A stretch of 63,405 nt of DNA, the filler included, from Octopus bimaculoides (lineage: Eukaryota): assembly GCF_001194135.2 (NCBI RefSeq). It is 9 parts of 8 records of this genome, joined end to end, with 100 filler letters (N's around TTAATTAATTAA, not from the genome) between each part and the next. Parts side by side here need not be neighbours in the genome. Positions count along the whole stretch, not along the records: positions 42,567 to 48,159 come from NC_068981.1; positions 48,260 to 55,405 come from NC_068983.1; positions 55,506 to 57,743 come from NW_026437129.1; 6 more parts are not named here. One strand, given 5' to 3'. The position numbers were made by a program, and so were the translations under genes. How positions within the stretch are numbered: position 1 is the stretch's first letter; every line of letters starts with the position of its first letter. Below, piece after piece: positions 46,498 to 57,843 of this stretch. The notes under the pieces were generated by a model, which saw only the letters and a program-made list of their open reading frames with translations, searched no databases and was not told the DNA's origin.

Positions 46498-47997
46498 GCA
46501 TTACTATTATTATCATCATAATTGGTATGGCTGACTAGAGATGAATCTAAAAGTCTAAAATTATGGGAAGATATTATTTGTAACATATTTTTTGTATTAG
46601 AAAACTCAAATCTAACCTTATGCGTGTTGATGATTGGGTAATAGTGAGAACCCCTAGGAAAGTTCCTATTCACCGCGTCGCGGAACTGCAAAACCAAATT
46701 GGATTTAACTTGTTTCCCAAATGGGACGATGAACCAGATGTTGTCATCAGATCTAGGTGCAGTGCTGGTATTGTTAAATAAAGTTTTTTGTTTTTATTAA
46801 GGATTTAAGGGTCGGTTAAGCCTCCTCTTTTATGCGAATGATTATAAGTAGGTGCCACTCACTCAGTGAAGGGAGAAGAAGGGGAAAAAATAGAATTGAG
46901 TTTATCCCTGCTAGTAGTGGTAATATCTTGTTGTACAAAAGATGAAAGATCACTAAATGAATTGATGTATCTAATCTTGTCTTTGTAACCTGGCTTCAAT
47001 AAGGCTGAATTATAAAAGTCAGTCTCTTTATTGAAAATATGGGAGTTAGAGGGAAGTTTAGAAAGTCTGAGTGAAATACTCTTAACTAAATTACTGGTGA
47101 TAGACCTTGGATGGTTACTAAAAGGGCTTATGTACCTAAGATTCGTTGATGATTTATGGAGAGGAAAGTGTGTGTTGCTATATAAGTCTAAAGTTACATC
47201 TAGGAAGTTGGCTACGGAGACCTCATCCTCAAAAACGATGCCAAAACCCATTCTCCAGAAGAATCTAGCTAAATTTTTAACCTTTTGGATGTGCTGGGTA
47301 GTGACATTTTGGAGGTATAGTAGACAATCATCTCTGTATAGACCTCCATTAATATTTGCGAATTGGTCTGCCAATTCATATAATAAATACGAACAAACTA
47401 TATCAGCTATTTGAACTGAATCCGAACTTCCCATACGAACGTCGTAAGCCTCCGGAGTATCCTTACGAATCCATAGCTTATTGTTGAATTTTATAATTGA
47501 TTTTCGAGCCGCTAATATTACACTAATTTCGTCCCTAGAAAGACCTGCCTTATTATGGGCCAACCAAAGTGCCTTGTTAAGAATTATGGGGTTAATTGAT
47601 GAGTAGAAACTAGAGATGTCAAACTGTATAAATTTGGTATTACTCTTGTCTTTAATTGAACTAAACCATTCTATTCAGAAGAATTTGACCATAGTCTTAG
47701 TTTTAACTTATCAACTATTGTAGGTATGTATTTGTCCAGAATGTTTTTGATAAGAACGCCCATGTCTGATCTAGAGGGACAAATTAGGCGTAGAGAAGGG
47801 TTGGTCCAAAAATGTTTTTTGTGATTCATTATGTCTTCTTTTAATTTAAACTCTTAGTACAGCGTTCATAGCCTCTCTCCCTAAAGAGCTCCCTGTAAAC
47901 TAGCGTTCTTGTTTCTAACGGTCATTTAACTTAGCTATATAGTGTTATTACTCGTGATTATTACCTTAGCAATTAGCGCAAGTCTTGCATTTGAAAT

Positions 47998-48126
47998 ATG
48001 GATCCCTGACGATGAATTTGTGCGCATATTCCAGCATCTCTCATTTCTTTGGAGTAGAGTGCACATAATTTTTGAAACACATTTAGAAATTAAAGGAACT
48101 TATTGATTATATGTGTTTTGCTCCAT
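47998..48126 (+). ncRNA. Hammerhead-like motif in the inverted 5' pLTR
   Basis: CTGACGA at 48006-48012, bulged stem II of about 10 bp, GAAA at 48074-48077, stem III acacat/atgtgt, GTT triplet, partial stem I atgga/tccat. Confidence 0.5.
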
Positions 48127-48159
48127 TTATTACTATTCTTTATATATATATATATATAT

Positions 48160-48259
48160 NNNNNNNNNNNNNNNNNNNNNNNNNNNNNNNNNNNNNNNNN
48201 NNNTTAATTAATTAANNNNNNNNNNNNNNNNNNNNNNNNNNNNNNNNNNNNNNNNNNNN
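48160..48259. other. Artificial scaffold-concatenation linker
   Basis: 44 N + TTAATTAATTAA + 44 N. Confidence 0.95.
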
Positions 48260-48299
<40 letters not shown>

Positions 48300-48451
48300 G
48301 GTGTGTGCGTGTGTGTGTAGCAATGTCTGTATATGTATAAATATATAAATACACATACTACATGCCTACATATATACAAATACACATACATACACATATA
48401 TAGTTACATGTATAAGTAGACAGATTTACCCCTTACGTATACTCTCTCTTT

Positions 48452-48862
48452 TTCTCTTTTACTTGTTTCAGTCATTTGACTGCGGCCATGCTGGAGCACC
48501 GCCTTTAGTCGAGCAAATCGACCCCCCAGGACTTATTCTTTGTAAGCCTAGTACTTATTCTATCGGTCTCTTTTTTGCCGAACCGCTAAGTTACGGGGAC
48601 GTAAACACACCACCATTGGTTGTCAAACGATGTTGGGGGGGGACAAACACAGACACACAAACATATACACACACATATACATACACATATACACATATAT
48701 ACGACGGGCTTCTTTCAATTTCCGTCTACCAAATCCACTCACAAGGCTTTGGTCGGCCCGAGGCTATAGTAGAAGACACTTGCCCGAGGTGCCACGCAGT
48801 GAGATTGAACCCGGAATCATGTGGTTGGTAAGCAAGCTACTTACTACACAGCAACTCCTGCG
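48452..48862 (-). mobile_element. tRNA-derived SINE family B, full length and relatively young
   Basis: Minus head gcaggagttgctgtgtagtaagtagcttgcttaccaaccacatgattccgggttcaatctc, CORE-like ggcacctcgggcaagtgtcttc, internal (TG)n, tail gactgaaacaagtaaaagag. Confidence 0.85.
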
Positions 48863-48882
48863 CAAAATATGAGCAAAAAAAT

Positions 48883-48924
<42 letters not shown>

Positions 48925-49718
48925 GCACACAAGGGTATACTGGTTGGTATAATATGGTTTGACACCAGGGATATGAAATGCGTTTGGATCTTTGGGTCAT
49001 ACTGAAGCAGAAACTAGATCTTACGGACCGGATTTGGACAATTATTTCTGAAAAACCCTATTCATAATATAGCCCTAAGTAAATGAGTGAAGGGAGTAAT
49101 ATTCATTATAAAAAAATGATTAACAATCAAGAAATGGAAGAATATGAACTGTTAAGAAAATTTCTGTGCTGAGATATATAAGAAAATCTCGCCGACATAA
49201 TATATATTTAGTTCCATTAAGGAACAGTCCTTTGAATGAGGACAGAGATAGAAATTTTCGAGATGAATGCAGTTCTTTAGAACAATTCTTAACAGAAAGC
49301 TTGCATAATTTTAGCTGCAATTTTTTTTCCAAACTAGAATCGATTCGAACAAATACGTACATATATTTGAAACAAAAAAACTTCCGTTTTGTTTGGCATG
49401 TATAGACAAATTGAAGGGGACATAGGTCATGACTTTTACTATATGGATTCTTCATAAGCTTGTTTTTCATTGGTTCAGATAACAAAAGATTCACAAAGGT
49501 GCACGGATTTGACTAATCGGAGCAGGTGTTAAATCACGATTCTACTCAAGATCCGATTCAGGTTAAAGATACGTATTTCACAGAAAATTTTGGAATTAAA
49601 AAGTCGTTTATTTATATTCTATATAGTATTAAGCCGCGGCTAGACTAGACATAGCCGCATGCTGCAATTTCTGACATCCCTGTCGAATATAAAATTATTC
49701 ACATTATGGCAAACAATA

Positions 49719-49750
<32 letters not shown>

Positions 49751-50109
49751 NNNNNNNNNNNNNNNNNNNNNNNNNNNNNNNNNNNNNNNNNNNNNNNNNN
49801 NNNNNNNNNNNNNNNNNNNNNNNNNNNNNNNNNNNNNNNNNNNNNNNNNNNNNNNNNNNNNNNNNNNNNNNNNNNNNNNNNNNNNNNNNNNNNNNNNNNN
49901 NNNNNNNNNNNNNNNNNNNNNNNNNNNNNNNNNNNNNNNNNNNNNNNNNNNNNNNNNNNNNNNNNNNNNNNNNNNNNNNNNNNNNNNNNNNNNNNNNNNN
50001 NNNNNNNNNNNNNNNNNNNNNNNNNNNNNNNNNNNNNNNNNNNNNNNNNNNNNNNNNNNNNNNNNNNNNNNNNNNNNNNNNNNNNNNNNNNNNNNNNATA
50101 TATACAACA

Positions 50110-50221
50110 TACGATATTCTTTATAAATTTATATATTAATTAATAAATTTATAAATTTATATATTTATTTATTTATTTATTAATTTATAAATTTATAAAT
50201 TTATATAAATTTATATAAATT

Positions 50222-50225
<4 letters not shown>
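50110..50225. repeat. AT-only minisatellite of (ATAAATTT)-like units
   Basis: Repeated taaatttataaatttatat. Confidence 0.7.
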
Positions 50226-50285
<60 letters not shown>

Positions 50286-51299
50286 TTGTTTACGTTATAA
50301 GAAGTTAGAAACTTCGAGAGAACGTGAGCTAATTTGTTTTTAACGGTTGAACTCGAAGTAGATAACGCTATAAATAGAAACGTGAAAATATTATGTTGAA
50401 GACCATTTGGCTATAGAATGTCAAAGGCTGCCCGATAAAAACCACATACACACACACACTCACGCATACATGTAGATACACGTACAAGCACACCTATACA
50501 CTCACACGTAGATACACATGCCAGTGTGTCTGCGTGCGGATGTGTGCATATGTATAGCACCGTGTACAAGTGTGTAACTTTCGTACGTACATAACATTAA
50601 CGTTTATATGCACGCATGCATACGTATCGTTACAATAAACGTAAAACTTTCTCCTTTAAAGAAAAAATGTAATTACAGTCGATTGTGATTAATAAGAGAG
50701 AAGAATGTGTCATACGATATCTTAATTCATAAGTTTACACTAGTATAATTCCTCACTGCTATAATTAAACTAATCAGTAATATTTGTTTTCCTGGTGGAA
50801 TTATGGAATACGACGTGAAACATTTTCTCCTCTTGCTTCTACTCTCGAATCACTTGGATTGCCTCCACCCACCCTTACACTGTACTTCCTGTAAATATCT
50901 TAATATAATCCAAAGAGAGATGCCAACTATTATTGAAAAGTAGGATGGTAGTAACATGAGGGTGTGTTGTAATGCGTTGTTGAGCGAATTTCTGCTGAAA
51001 AACCTCCATTTTTTTACGGAGCAAATGTATGTGGTTGGTTGAGTCACGTAGATTCTAGAAAATTTAGTAACTGTCGAATGAGTCAATGAGTTTCTTTCAA
51101 CGTAGCTGCTCGACCTGCAAGCATCAACAGCTTAATCTTCATCAGACCATGCTCTATCGTTTTGTAGAAAGGATGCGTGCATTAGCTAACGTGAATGTAG
51201 ACACACTATGTTAGATGGGAATTGACCTGGGATAACTAGAAGAACTATAACTAACGAGCCAAGGATCGTCCCTGTCGTTATATGACATCCTTTTTTCTT

Positions 51300-51401
51300 T
51301 TTTTTTTTCACACTTATTTCAGTTACAATCCCTTGACAACTGATGTTGGTTTGTTTACATCTCCGTAGCTTAGCGGGTTCGGCAAAAGAGACCGAAAGAA
51401 T

Positions 51402-51405
<4 letters not shown>
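51300..51405 (+). mobile_element. SINE family B 3' fragment
   Basis: cttgacaactgatgttggtttgtttacatctccgtagcttagcgggttcggcaaaagagaccgaaagaataagt. Confidence 0.7.
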
Positions 51406-51499
<94 letters not shown>

Positions 51500-51805
51500 T
51501 ACTATTTTCCTAACTGACCATAAGAATATCTGTCTATTCTGAGTCGTATTTATTCAATTATTTTTAATATATTTCATTTTATTTATCATTAGGTGTGGTT
51601 TCAAAATCGAAGGGCAAAATGGCGGAAAAAAGAAACGCCACGAAAAACAATTTTATATCCATCAAGTAAGACAAATCATATTGAATTTTTGATATACACC
51701 ACTAATGATCTAGAGAAATGCATGCAAGTCATACCTTCCACGTACCTCCCCTTCTATGAAATATAATAACTTTATGAGAAATGAGTCAATTTTAATTTAG
51801 TTTAA

Positions 51806-52000
51806 CTGAGGCAGCGAGCTGGCAGATTCGTTACCGCACTGGGCAAACTGTTTCGCGGCATTTCTTTTGGCTCTTTACGTTCGAATGTCGCCGAGGTCAA
51901 CTTTGCTTTTCATTCTTTCAGGGTCGTTAAAAGAAGTACCAGTTGAGCTCAAAGGTCAATGTAATCGACTTTCCCTGACTTTCAAAATTGATGGTGGTTT
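51806..52000 (+). mobile_element. SINE family A, diverged
   Basis: gaggcagcgagctggcagattcg..gccgaggtcaactttgcttttcattctttcagggtcg. Confidence 0.7.
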
Positions 52001-52595
52001 CAATCCTTGGATTAACTCTGACATATCGACTGGAAAGGAATACCCCGGAATGGAAAAGACAAAGTTAAACTCGGAACGTAATATAACGAGACATATAACT
52101 GCAAGATATTTTTCCAATGCTCTAACGACTCTCCCAGTTTTGCCGCACTTAAGCAAATTAATAAGGAAAACTTATTTTACTAAATTTTTTTCCAAACTAT
52201 TGATATTTTACAAACATTTGGAACAAATAAGCAGATTATTTCATTAGAAACAGGGCTACGAAAAAGAGCTTAAACACTATTTAATTAATCCTTTTTTGGA
52301 AAGGTGAAACATGAAATAGATGAAGCTATAAGTAATAACATATAATTACTGGGTTTAAAAAACCGCTTTGGAAGGAAAAAGTCGAAATTCAAAGGGTTTT
52401 TTAAACCCAATATTTACACACTATTATTTATAGCTTTATCTGCTTCGAGTTCCACCGCTCCAGAAAAAACAAAGGTTCACGTTCTCTAGAAGTTTTTAAA
52501 TTCCTATGATGTCGCATATTTAAGTACTTTTTAAGCGGTTTTAAAACACTTTCAGGAACAACCTATTTTAGACATGGATATATTCTAAGCCTAAT

Positions 52596-52978
52596 TGTTG
52601 GCACTCCGTCGCTTACGACGTCGAGGGTTCCACTTGATCCGATCAACGGAACAGCCTGCTCGTGAAATTAACGTGCAAGTGACTGAGCACTCCACAGACA
52701 CGTGTACCCTTAACGTAGTTCTCGGGGAGATTCAGCGTGACACAGTGTGACAAGGCTGACCGTTTGAATTACAGGCACAACAGAAACAGGAAGTAAGAGT
52801 GAGAGAAAGTTGTGGTGGAAGAGTACAGCAGGGTTCGCCACCATCCCCTGCCGGAGCCTCGTGGAGCTTTTAGGTGTTTTCGCTCAATAAACACTCACAA
52901 CGCTCGGTCTGGGAATCGAAACTGCGATCCTATGACCGCGAGTCCGCTGCCCTAACGACTGGGCCATTGCGCCTCCAC
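52596..52978 (-). mobile_element. tRNA-derived SINE family C, full length and young
   Basis: Near-identical to 23886-24267, which lies on a different scaffold. Confidence 0.9.
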
Positions 52979-53530
52979 AGCATAAACTAGCAAGAATGTA
53001 GAATTGTCAGCTGGCAAACTGTCAAACCTTACAGTCAAAGCAAGAATGCGTGCATTGACAGGTACTTAAGCAAAAAGAAGATAAAGGTAAAAATTTACAA
53101 GACGCGGTAGTAAAAGATTAAATTTCTTAAATACGTTGGAGGGTGTTGTCTTTCATGTTATTTATTTAGTTATACATTTATTTATTTATTTATTTATTTT
53201 TACACTCAGGTAAAAATCCTGCCTGAGCAGGTTTATAATCAAAGGTGCTCCAGCTACGAGCATTCAGTCTTATTGTAATATTTCTCCCTACTTAAAAGTG
53301 GATGTTGTGTTAGAACACAGAATACTGCAAGAGTTACAATGAGAGAACCTCTCATATGAGTCTTTGATGCATATAAGCACATTTGTTTACATCGCTAGTA
53401 GGAGATAGATCACTCGCCATCGCTGCCATCTTGGATTACATAATTTTCTATACGAGAGGGCGCTGAGGGTATTGCGAAAGGGTATTTCGAAAGGCCTGAT
53501 TGTATATATATATATATATATATATATACA

Positions 53531-53735
53531 TACAAGGGGTGCTGAGAAGTTCTTGGTCTTAAAGGTGTCGTGAAACGCCTGGTTGGAGGCCCAGACTTCC
53601 GATTTCTTTCACAGGGGCTTAGAAGAAATTGAAGGACTGCTGTGAATCTGAGAGGGGAATACGTTAATAAAATTAACTAATACTCCTGTATTTTCTTTTA
53701 CCCAAAGCCAGGAATTTTTCAGCACCCGCCTCGTA
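53531..53735. mobile_element. Mariner-type MITE
   Basis: Imperfect TIRs TAcaaggggtgctgagaagttcttgg / ccaggaatttttcagcacccgcctcgTA with TA TSD; a partial third TIR at about 53451. Confidence 0.7.
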
Positions 53736-54701
53736 CGTCTTATCTTTTTTTTTTTAAGACGTTATTGTGTGATCTGAAGAAGTTTTGACTGTTATTTCTA
53801 TCAGATGGGTAGACTACATAGAGTGATGCTTTCTCGGTGGTTCAAACGGGAAAGAATATATCAAGGATGCGTGCGTTGTCAGGTAACTAAGAGGAAACAT
53901 GATAAAGACATGATAAATAAATTTACAAGAGGACAAAGTAAAGATTTAAGTGTTCTTAAACAGGTGGGACGATGGAAAGAGGAATCAATCGAGGTGTCAA
54001 ATCGTAAGGGTCAAATTTGTACAACACTCACGTAGGGGTTTAGTAGGTTGGCTGGTTGGCTGGTTGGTTGNNNNNNNNNNNNNNNNNNNNNNNNNNNNNN
54101 NNNNNNNNNNNNNNNNNNNNNNNNNNNNNNNNNNNNNNNNNNNNNNNNNNNNNNNNNNNNNNNNNNNNNNNNNNNNNNNNNNNNNNNNNNNNNNNNNNNN
54201 NNNNNNNNNNNNNNNNNNNNNNNNNNNNNNNNNNNNNNNNNNNNNNNNNNNNNNNNNNNNNNNNNNNNNNNNNNNNNNNNNNNNNNNNNNNNNNNNNNNN
54301 NNNNNNNNNNNNNNNNNNNNNNNNNNNNNNNNNNNNNNNNNNNNNNNNNNNNNNNNNNNNNNNNNNNNNNNNNNNNNNNNNNNNNNNNNNNNNNNNNNNN
54401 NNNNNNNNNNNNNNNNNNNNNNNNNNNNNNNNNNNNNNNNNNNNNNNNNNNNNNNNNNNNNNNNNNNNNNNNNNNNNNNNNNNNNNNNNNNNNNNNNNNN
54501 NNNNNNNNNNNNNNNNNNNNNNNNNNNNNNNNNNNNNNNNNNNNNNNNNNNNNNNNNNNNNNNNNNNNNNNNNNNNNNNNNTATATATATATATATATAT
54601 ATATATATCAACCATCATTTTCTCATACTTCTTAACTTTGTTTTAATATTCTTCTTCAACATTATTAGATCAGTGAATCACTTCCTTCTCTTTCGTTTCA
54701 G

Positions 54702-55249
54702 TGTCGTTTTCCAATGTCAACAATCCGATTGTCCAGGATTCTCAGATGTTACCCGCAGTGCCGTCTTTAGATCAATGGAATTTCTACAGCGAATCATCTC
54801 TTGCTAACGGTGTCAATACACTCCAAAAACAAGCAGCTGTTCACTTAAGCATTCCCACTCGTCCTCTATGCAGCACCAGCTCAGATACAAACGGAAGGGG
54901 GACAAGCACCACCCTCAGCGACACGCCTCTAGCTTCTCACCATTACCATCACCATCACCATATGATGTTTCCTAATGTTCCATATCCCACTAACTGCCTC
55001 CAAACGCAACATCCTAACACTACTTTTAAACAGATCGTGCCTCAGCCTTACCCGCTCTTTGCCCATTCCTACGCTAGTTCTTTTCTCAATGGTCTGCCAG
55101 TGGCATTTGATCCGAATGTACCGAATGTACTTGGAGGAGGTCCCTATATAATGGCGTCGGGTGCCCTTATGAACATTCCAAATTGTGAAGGAGAACTTGG
55201 AGAAAAAGGACCAGTAATAAACAGGGTGCGTAGCAATGATCAGAGCATT
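54702..55249 (+). CDS. Internal coding exon of an unidentified gene (Ser/Pro/His-rich, HHYHHHHH)
   Basis: Strong acceptor cttccttctctttcgtttcag| and donor ATT|GTGAGT bracket a stop-free 548-nt frame (phase 1 to 0) with non-repetitive coding-like composition. Confidence 0.75.
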
Positions 55250-55371
55250 GTGAGTTAATATCGCACATATACCTAGCATTGCCTATATATATATATATAT
55301 ATACATATATAAATTTTTAAGTTGATAAAGCACAAGCGCATATATCAGTAAAGTTAAAAGTTAAAAACGAT

Positions 55372-55405
<34 letters not shown>

Positions 55406-55505
55406 NNNNNNNNNNNNNNNNNNNNNNNNNNNNNNNNNNNNNNNNNNNNTTAATTAATTAANNNNNNNNNNNNNNNNNNNNNNNNNNNNNNNNNNNNNNN
55501 NNNNN
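55406..55505. other. Artificial scaffold-concatenation linker
   Basis: 44 N + TTAATTAATTAA + 44 N. Confidence 0.95.
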
Positions 55506-55654
55506 AATATGTTGCTTATCTTTTGGTAGTTTTTGACTTATTTAGTCCCTCTAAGTATGAGGCATTACTATATAGTTAATGCCCTTATATAAATTATATA
55601 TATATACATATATACATATATAAATATATATAGGGGTGAGAGAGAGAGAGGGGG

Positions 55655-56151
55655 GAATAATCCTTTCTACTATAGGCACAAGGCCTGAAATTTATGGGGA
55701 AGGGGCTAGTTGATTACATCAACCCCAGTCCACAGCTGGTACTTATTTCCTTGACCCCGATGAAAGACAAAGTTGACCGTGGCAGAATTTGAAATCAGAG
55801 CATAAGGATGGACAAAATGTCCATGGACGAAGTATTTTGCCCAGCATGCTAACAATTCTTATTTCTTTATTGCCCACAAGGGGCTAAACATAGAGGGGGA
55901 CAAACAAGGACAGACAAAGGGATTAAGTCGATTACATCGACCCCAGTGCACAACTGGTACTTAATTTATCGACCCTGAAAGGATGAAAAGGCAAAGTCGA
56001 CCTCGGCGGAATTTGAACTCAGAATGTAGCGGCAGACGAAATGTCACTAAGCATTTCGCCCGGCGTGCTAACGTTTCTGCCAGCTCGCTGCCTTAGAGAA
56101 GGGAATAATAATAATAATAATAATAATAATCTTTTCTACTAAAGGCACAAG
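55655..56151 (-). mobile_element. Cluster of head-to-tail SINE family A copies: 55655-55855, 55860-56095, and a third 3' end at 56108-56151
   Basis: Repeated family A core and heads. The middle copy has the alternative tail ..gtttagccccttgtgggcaataaaga. Confidence 0.8.
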
Positions 56152-57244
56152 NNNNNNNNNNNNNNNNNNNNNNNNNNNNNNNNNNNNNNNNNNNNNNNNN
56201 NNNNNNNNNNNNNNNNNNNNNNNNNNNNNNNNNNNNNNNNNNNNNNNNNNNNNNNNNNNNNNNNNNNNNNNNNNNNNNNNNNNNNNNNNNNNNNNNNNNN
56301 NNNNNNNNNNNNNNNNNNNNNNNNNNNNNNNNNNNNNNNNNNNNNNNNNNNNNNNNNNNNNNNNNNNNNNNNNNNNNNNNNNNNNNNNNNNNNNNNNNNN
56401 NNNNNNNNNNNNNNNNNNNNNNNNNNNNNNNNNNNNNNNNNNNNNNNNNNNNNNNNNNNNNNNNNNNNNNNNNNNNNNNNNNNNNNNNNNNNNNNNNNNN
56501 NNNNNNNNNNNNNNNNNNNNNNNNNNNNNNNNNNNNNNNNNNNNNNNNNNNNNNNNNNNNNNNNNNNNNNNNNNNNNNNNNNNNNNNNNNNNNNNNNNNN
56601 NNNNNNNNNNNNNNNNNNNNNNNNNNNNNNNNNNNNNNNNNNNNNNNNNNNNNNNNNNNNNNNNNNNNNNNNNNNNNNNNNNNNNNNNNNNNNNNNNNNN
56701 NNNNNNNNNNNNNNNNNNNNNNNNNNNNNNNNNNNNNNNNNNNNNNNNNNNNNNNNNNNNNNNNNNNNNNNNNNNNNNNNNNNNNNNNNNNNNNNNNNNN
56801 NNNNNNNNNNNNNNNNNNNNNNNNNNNNNNNNNNNNNNNNNNNNNNNNNNNNNNNNNNNNNNNNNNNNNNNNNNNNNNNNNNNNNNNNNNNNNNNNNNNN
56901 NNNNNNNNNNNNNNNNNNNNNNNNNNNNNNNNNNNNNNNNNNNNNNNNNNNNNNNNNNNNNNNNNNNNNNNNNNNNNNNNNNNNNNNNNNNNNNNNNNNN
57001 NNNNNNNNNNNNNNNNNNNNNNNNNNNNNNNNNNNNNNNNNNACTGGTATCTCGTTTCTTTGGCTCCGAAAGGATGAATGAAAAAGGCAAAAACTCATAG
57101 CCTAACGAGCCACAACAAATAATGCAAAGCTTTATAAATGACAATCTAAGAAGTCCACCACTTCACCCTCTACTACTACTACTACTACTACTACTATTAC
57201 TACTACTACTACTACTACTATTACTACTACATATGAAATCAAGA

Positions 57245-57545
57245 CTGGCCTGGTTCCCTGTCAGTTACGGTGAGGAGTGTTGCAGTTGATCACGAAAATT
57301 AACATGCAAGTGGCTGAGTACTCCACAGACACATGTATCCGTAATGTAGTTCCCAGGGAGATTCAGTGAGACACTGAATGTGACAAGGCTGCTCCCCGCC
57401 CTTCTGAATTACAAGTACAACTTTGATTTTGCTATCTGAGTTTGCTGACTGAAGCAACGTGAAATAAAGTGTCACAAATACATCGGCAAGAATTGAACTC
57501 ACGACCCTGTAATTGTGAACTGAATGCCTTAAACACTAGATGATG
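57245..57545 (-). mobile_element. Diverged SINE family C relative
   Basis: cacgaaaattaacatgcaagtggctgagtactccacagacacatgt..gtgacaaggctg..gaattgaactcacgacc. Confidence 0.65.
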
Positions 57546-57611
57546 TACCGTATGCAACTAGCTGTCTATCAGTTACAAATGAGTATTCTCATTGATATGT
57601 ATATATACATA

Positions 57612-57665
<54 letters not shown>

Positions 57666-57711
57666 AACACACACACATATGTGTGTATATATACATATAT
57701 GTGTGTGTGTA

Positions 57712-57743
<32 letters not shown>

Positions 57744-57843
57744 NNNNNNNNNNNNNNNNNNNNNNNNNNNNNNNNNNNNNNNNNNNNTTAATTAATTAAN
57801 NNNNNNNNNNNNNNNNNNNNNNNNNNNNNNNNNNNNNNNNNNN
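57744..57843. other. Artificial scaffold-concatenation linker
   Basis: 44 N + TTAATTAATTAA + 44 N. Confidence 0.95.

Larger units (their letters stand above)
43602..48145 (-). mobile_element. Penelope-like retroelement (Naiad-like YRDD type): 5'-truncated RT and GIY-YIG, long 3' UTR, inverted pLTRs of about 325 bp; interrupted by a Helitron
   Basis: RT motifs NHKKHF.TNPSLRLICPSRSD, FIQFDISSFYSSI, YDVRMGSSD, GLYRDDCL and NFLDVTLDL. Linker NIWFIVPF..VK.N...FP..HYY.IIN. GIY-YIG VYQCKV...YIGCSS...KRISNHYSSF..STGLSK.IW.LK. Inverted repeats at 43602-43925 and 47820-48145. Confidence 0.9.

Noticed and set aside
47675-47677. Selenocysteine TGA in the Naiad-like RT
   Set aside because: The TGA coincides with a frameshift lesion (upstream homology continues in another frame), so it is not evidence of recoding.
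43602-48145. LTR retrotransposon or TIR DNA transposon
   Set aside because: The repeats are inverted and the ORF is a PLE-type RT plus GIY-YIG, with no integrase or DDE transposase.
50850-51200. Possible R2/NeSL-like or other LINE remnant (also 59050-59280)
   Set aside because: Only a vague motif resemblance with many stops; too weak to call.
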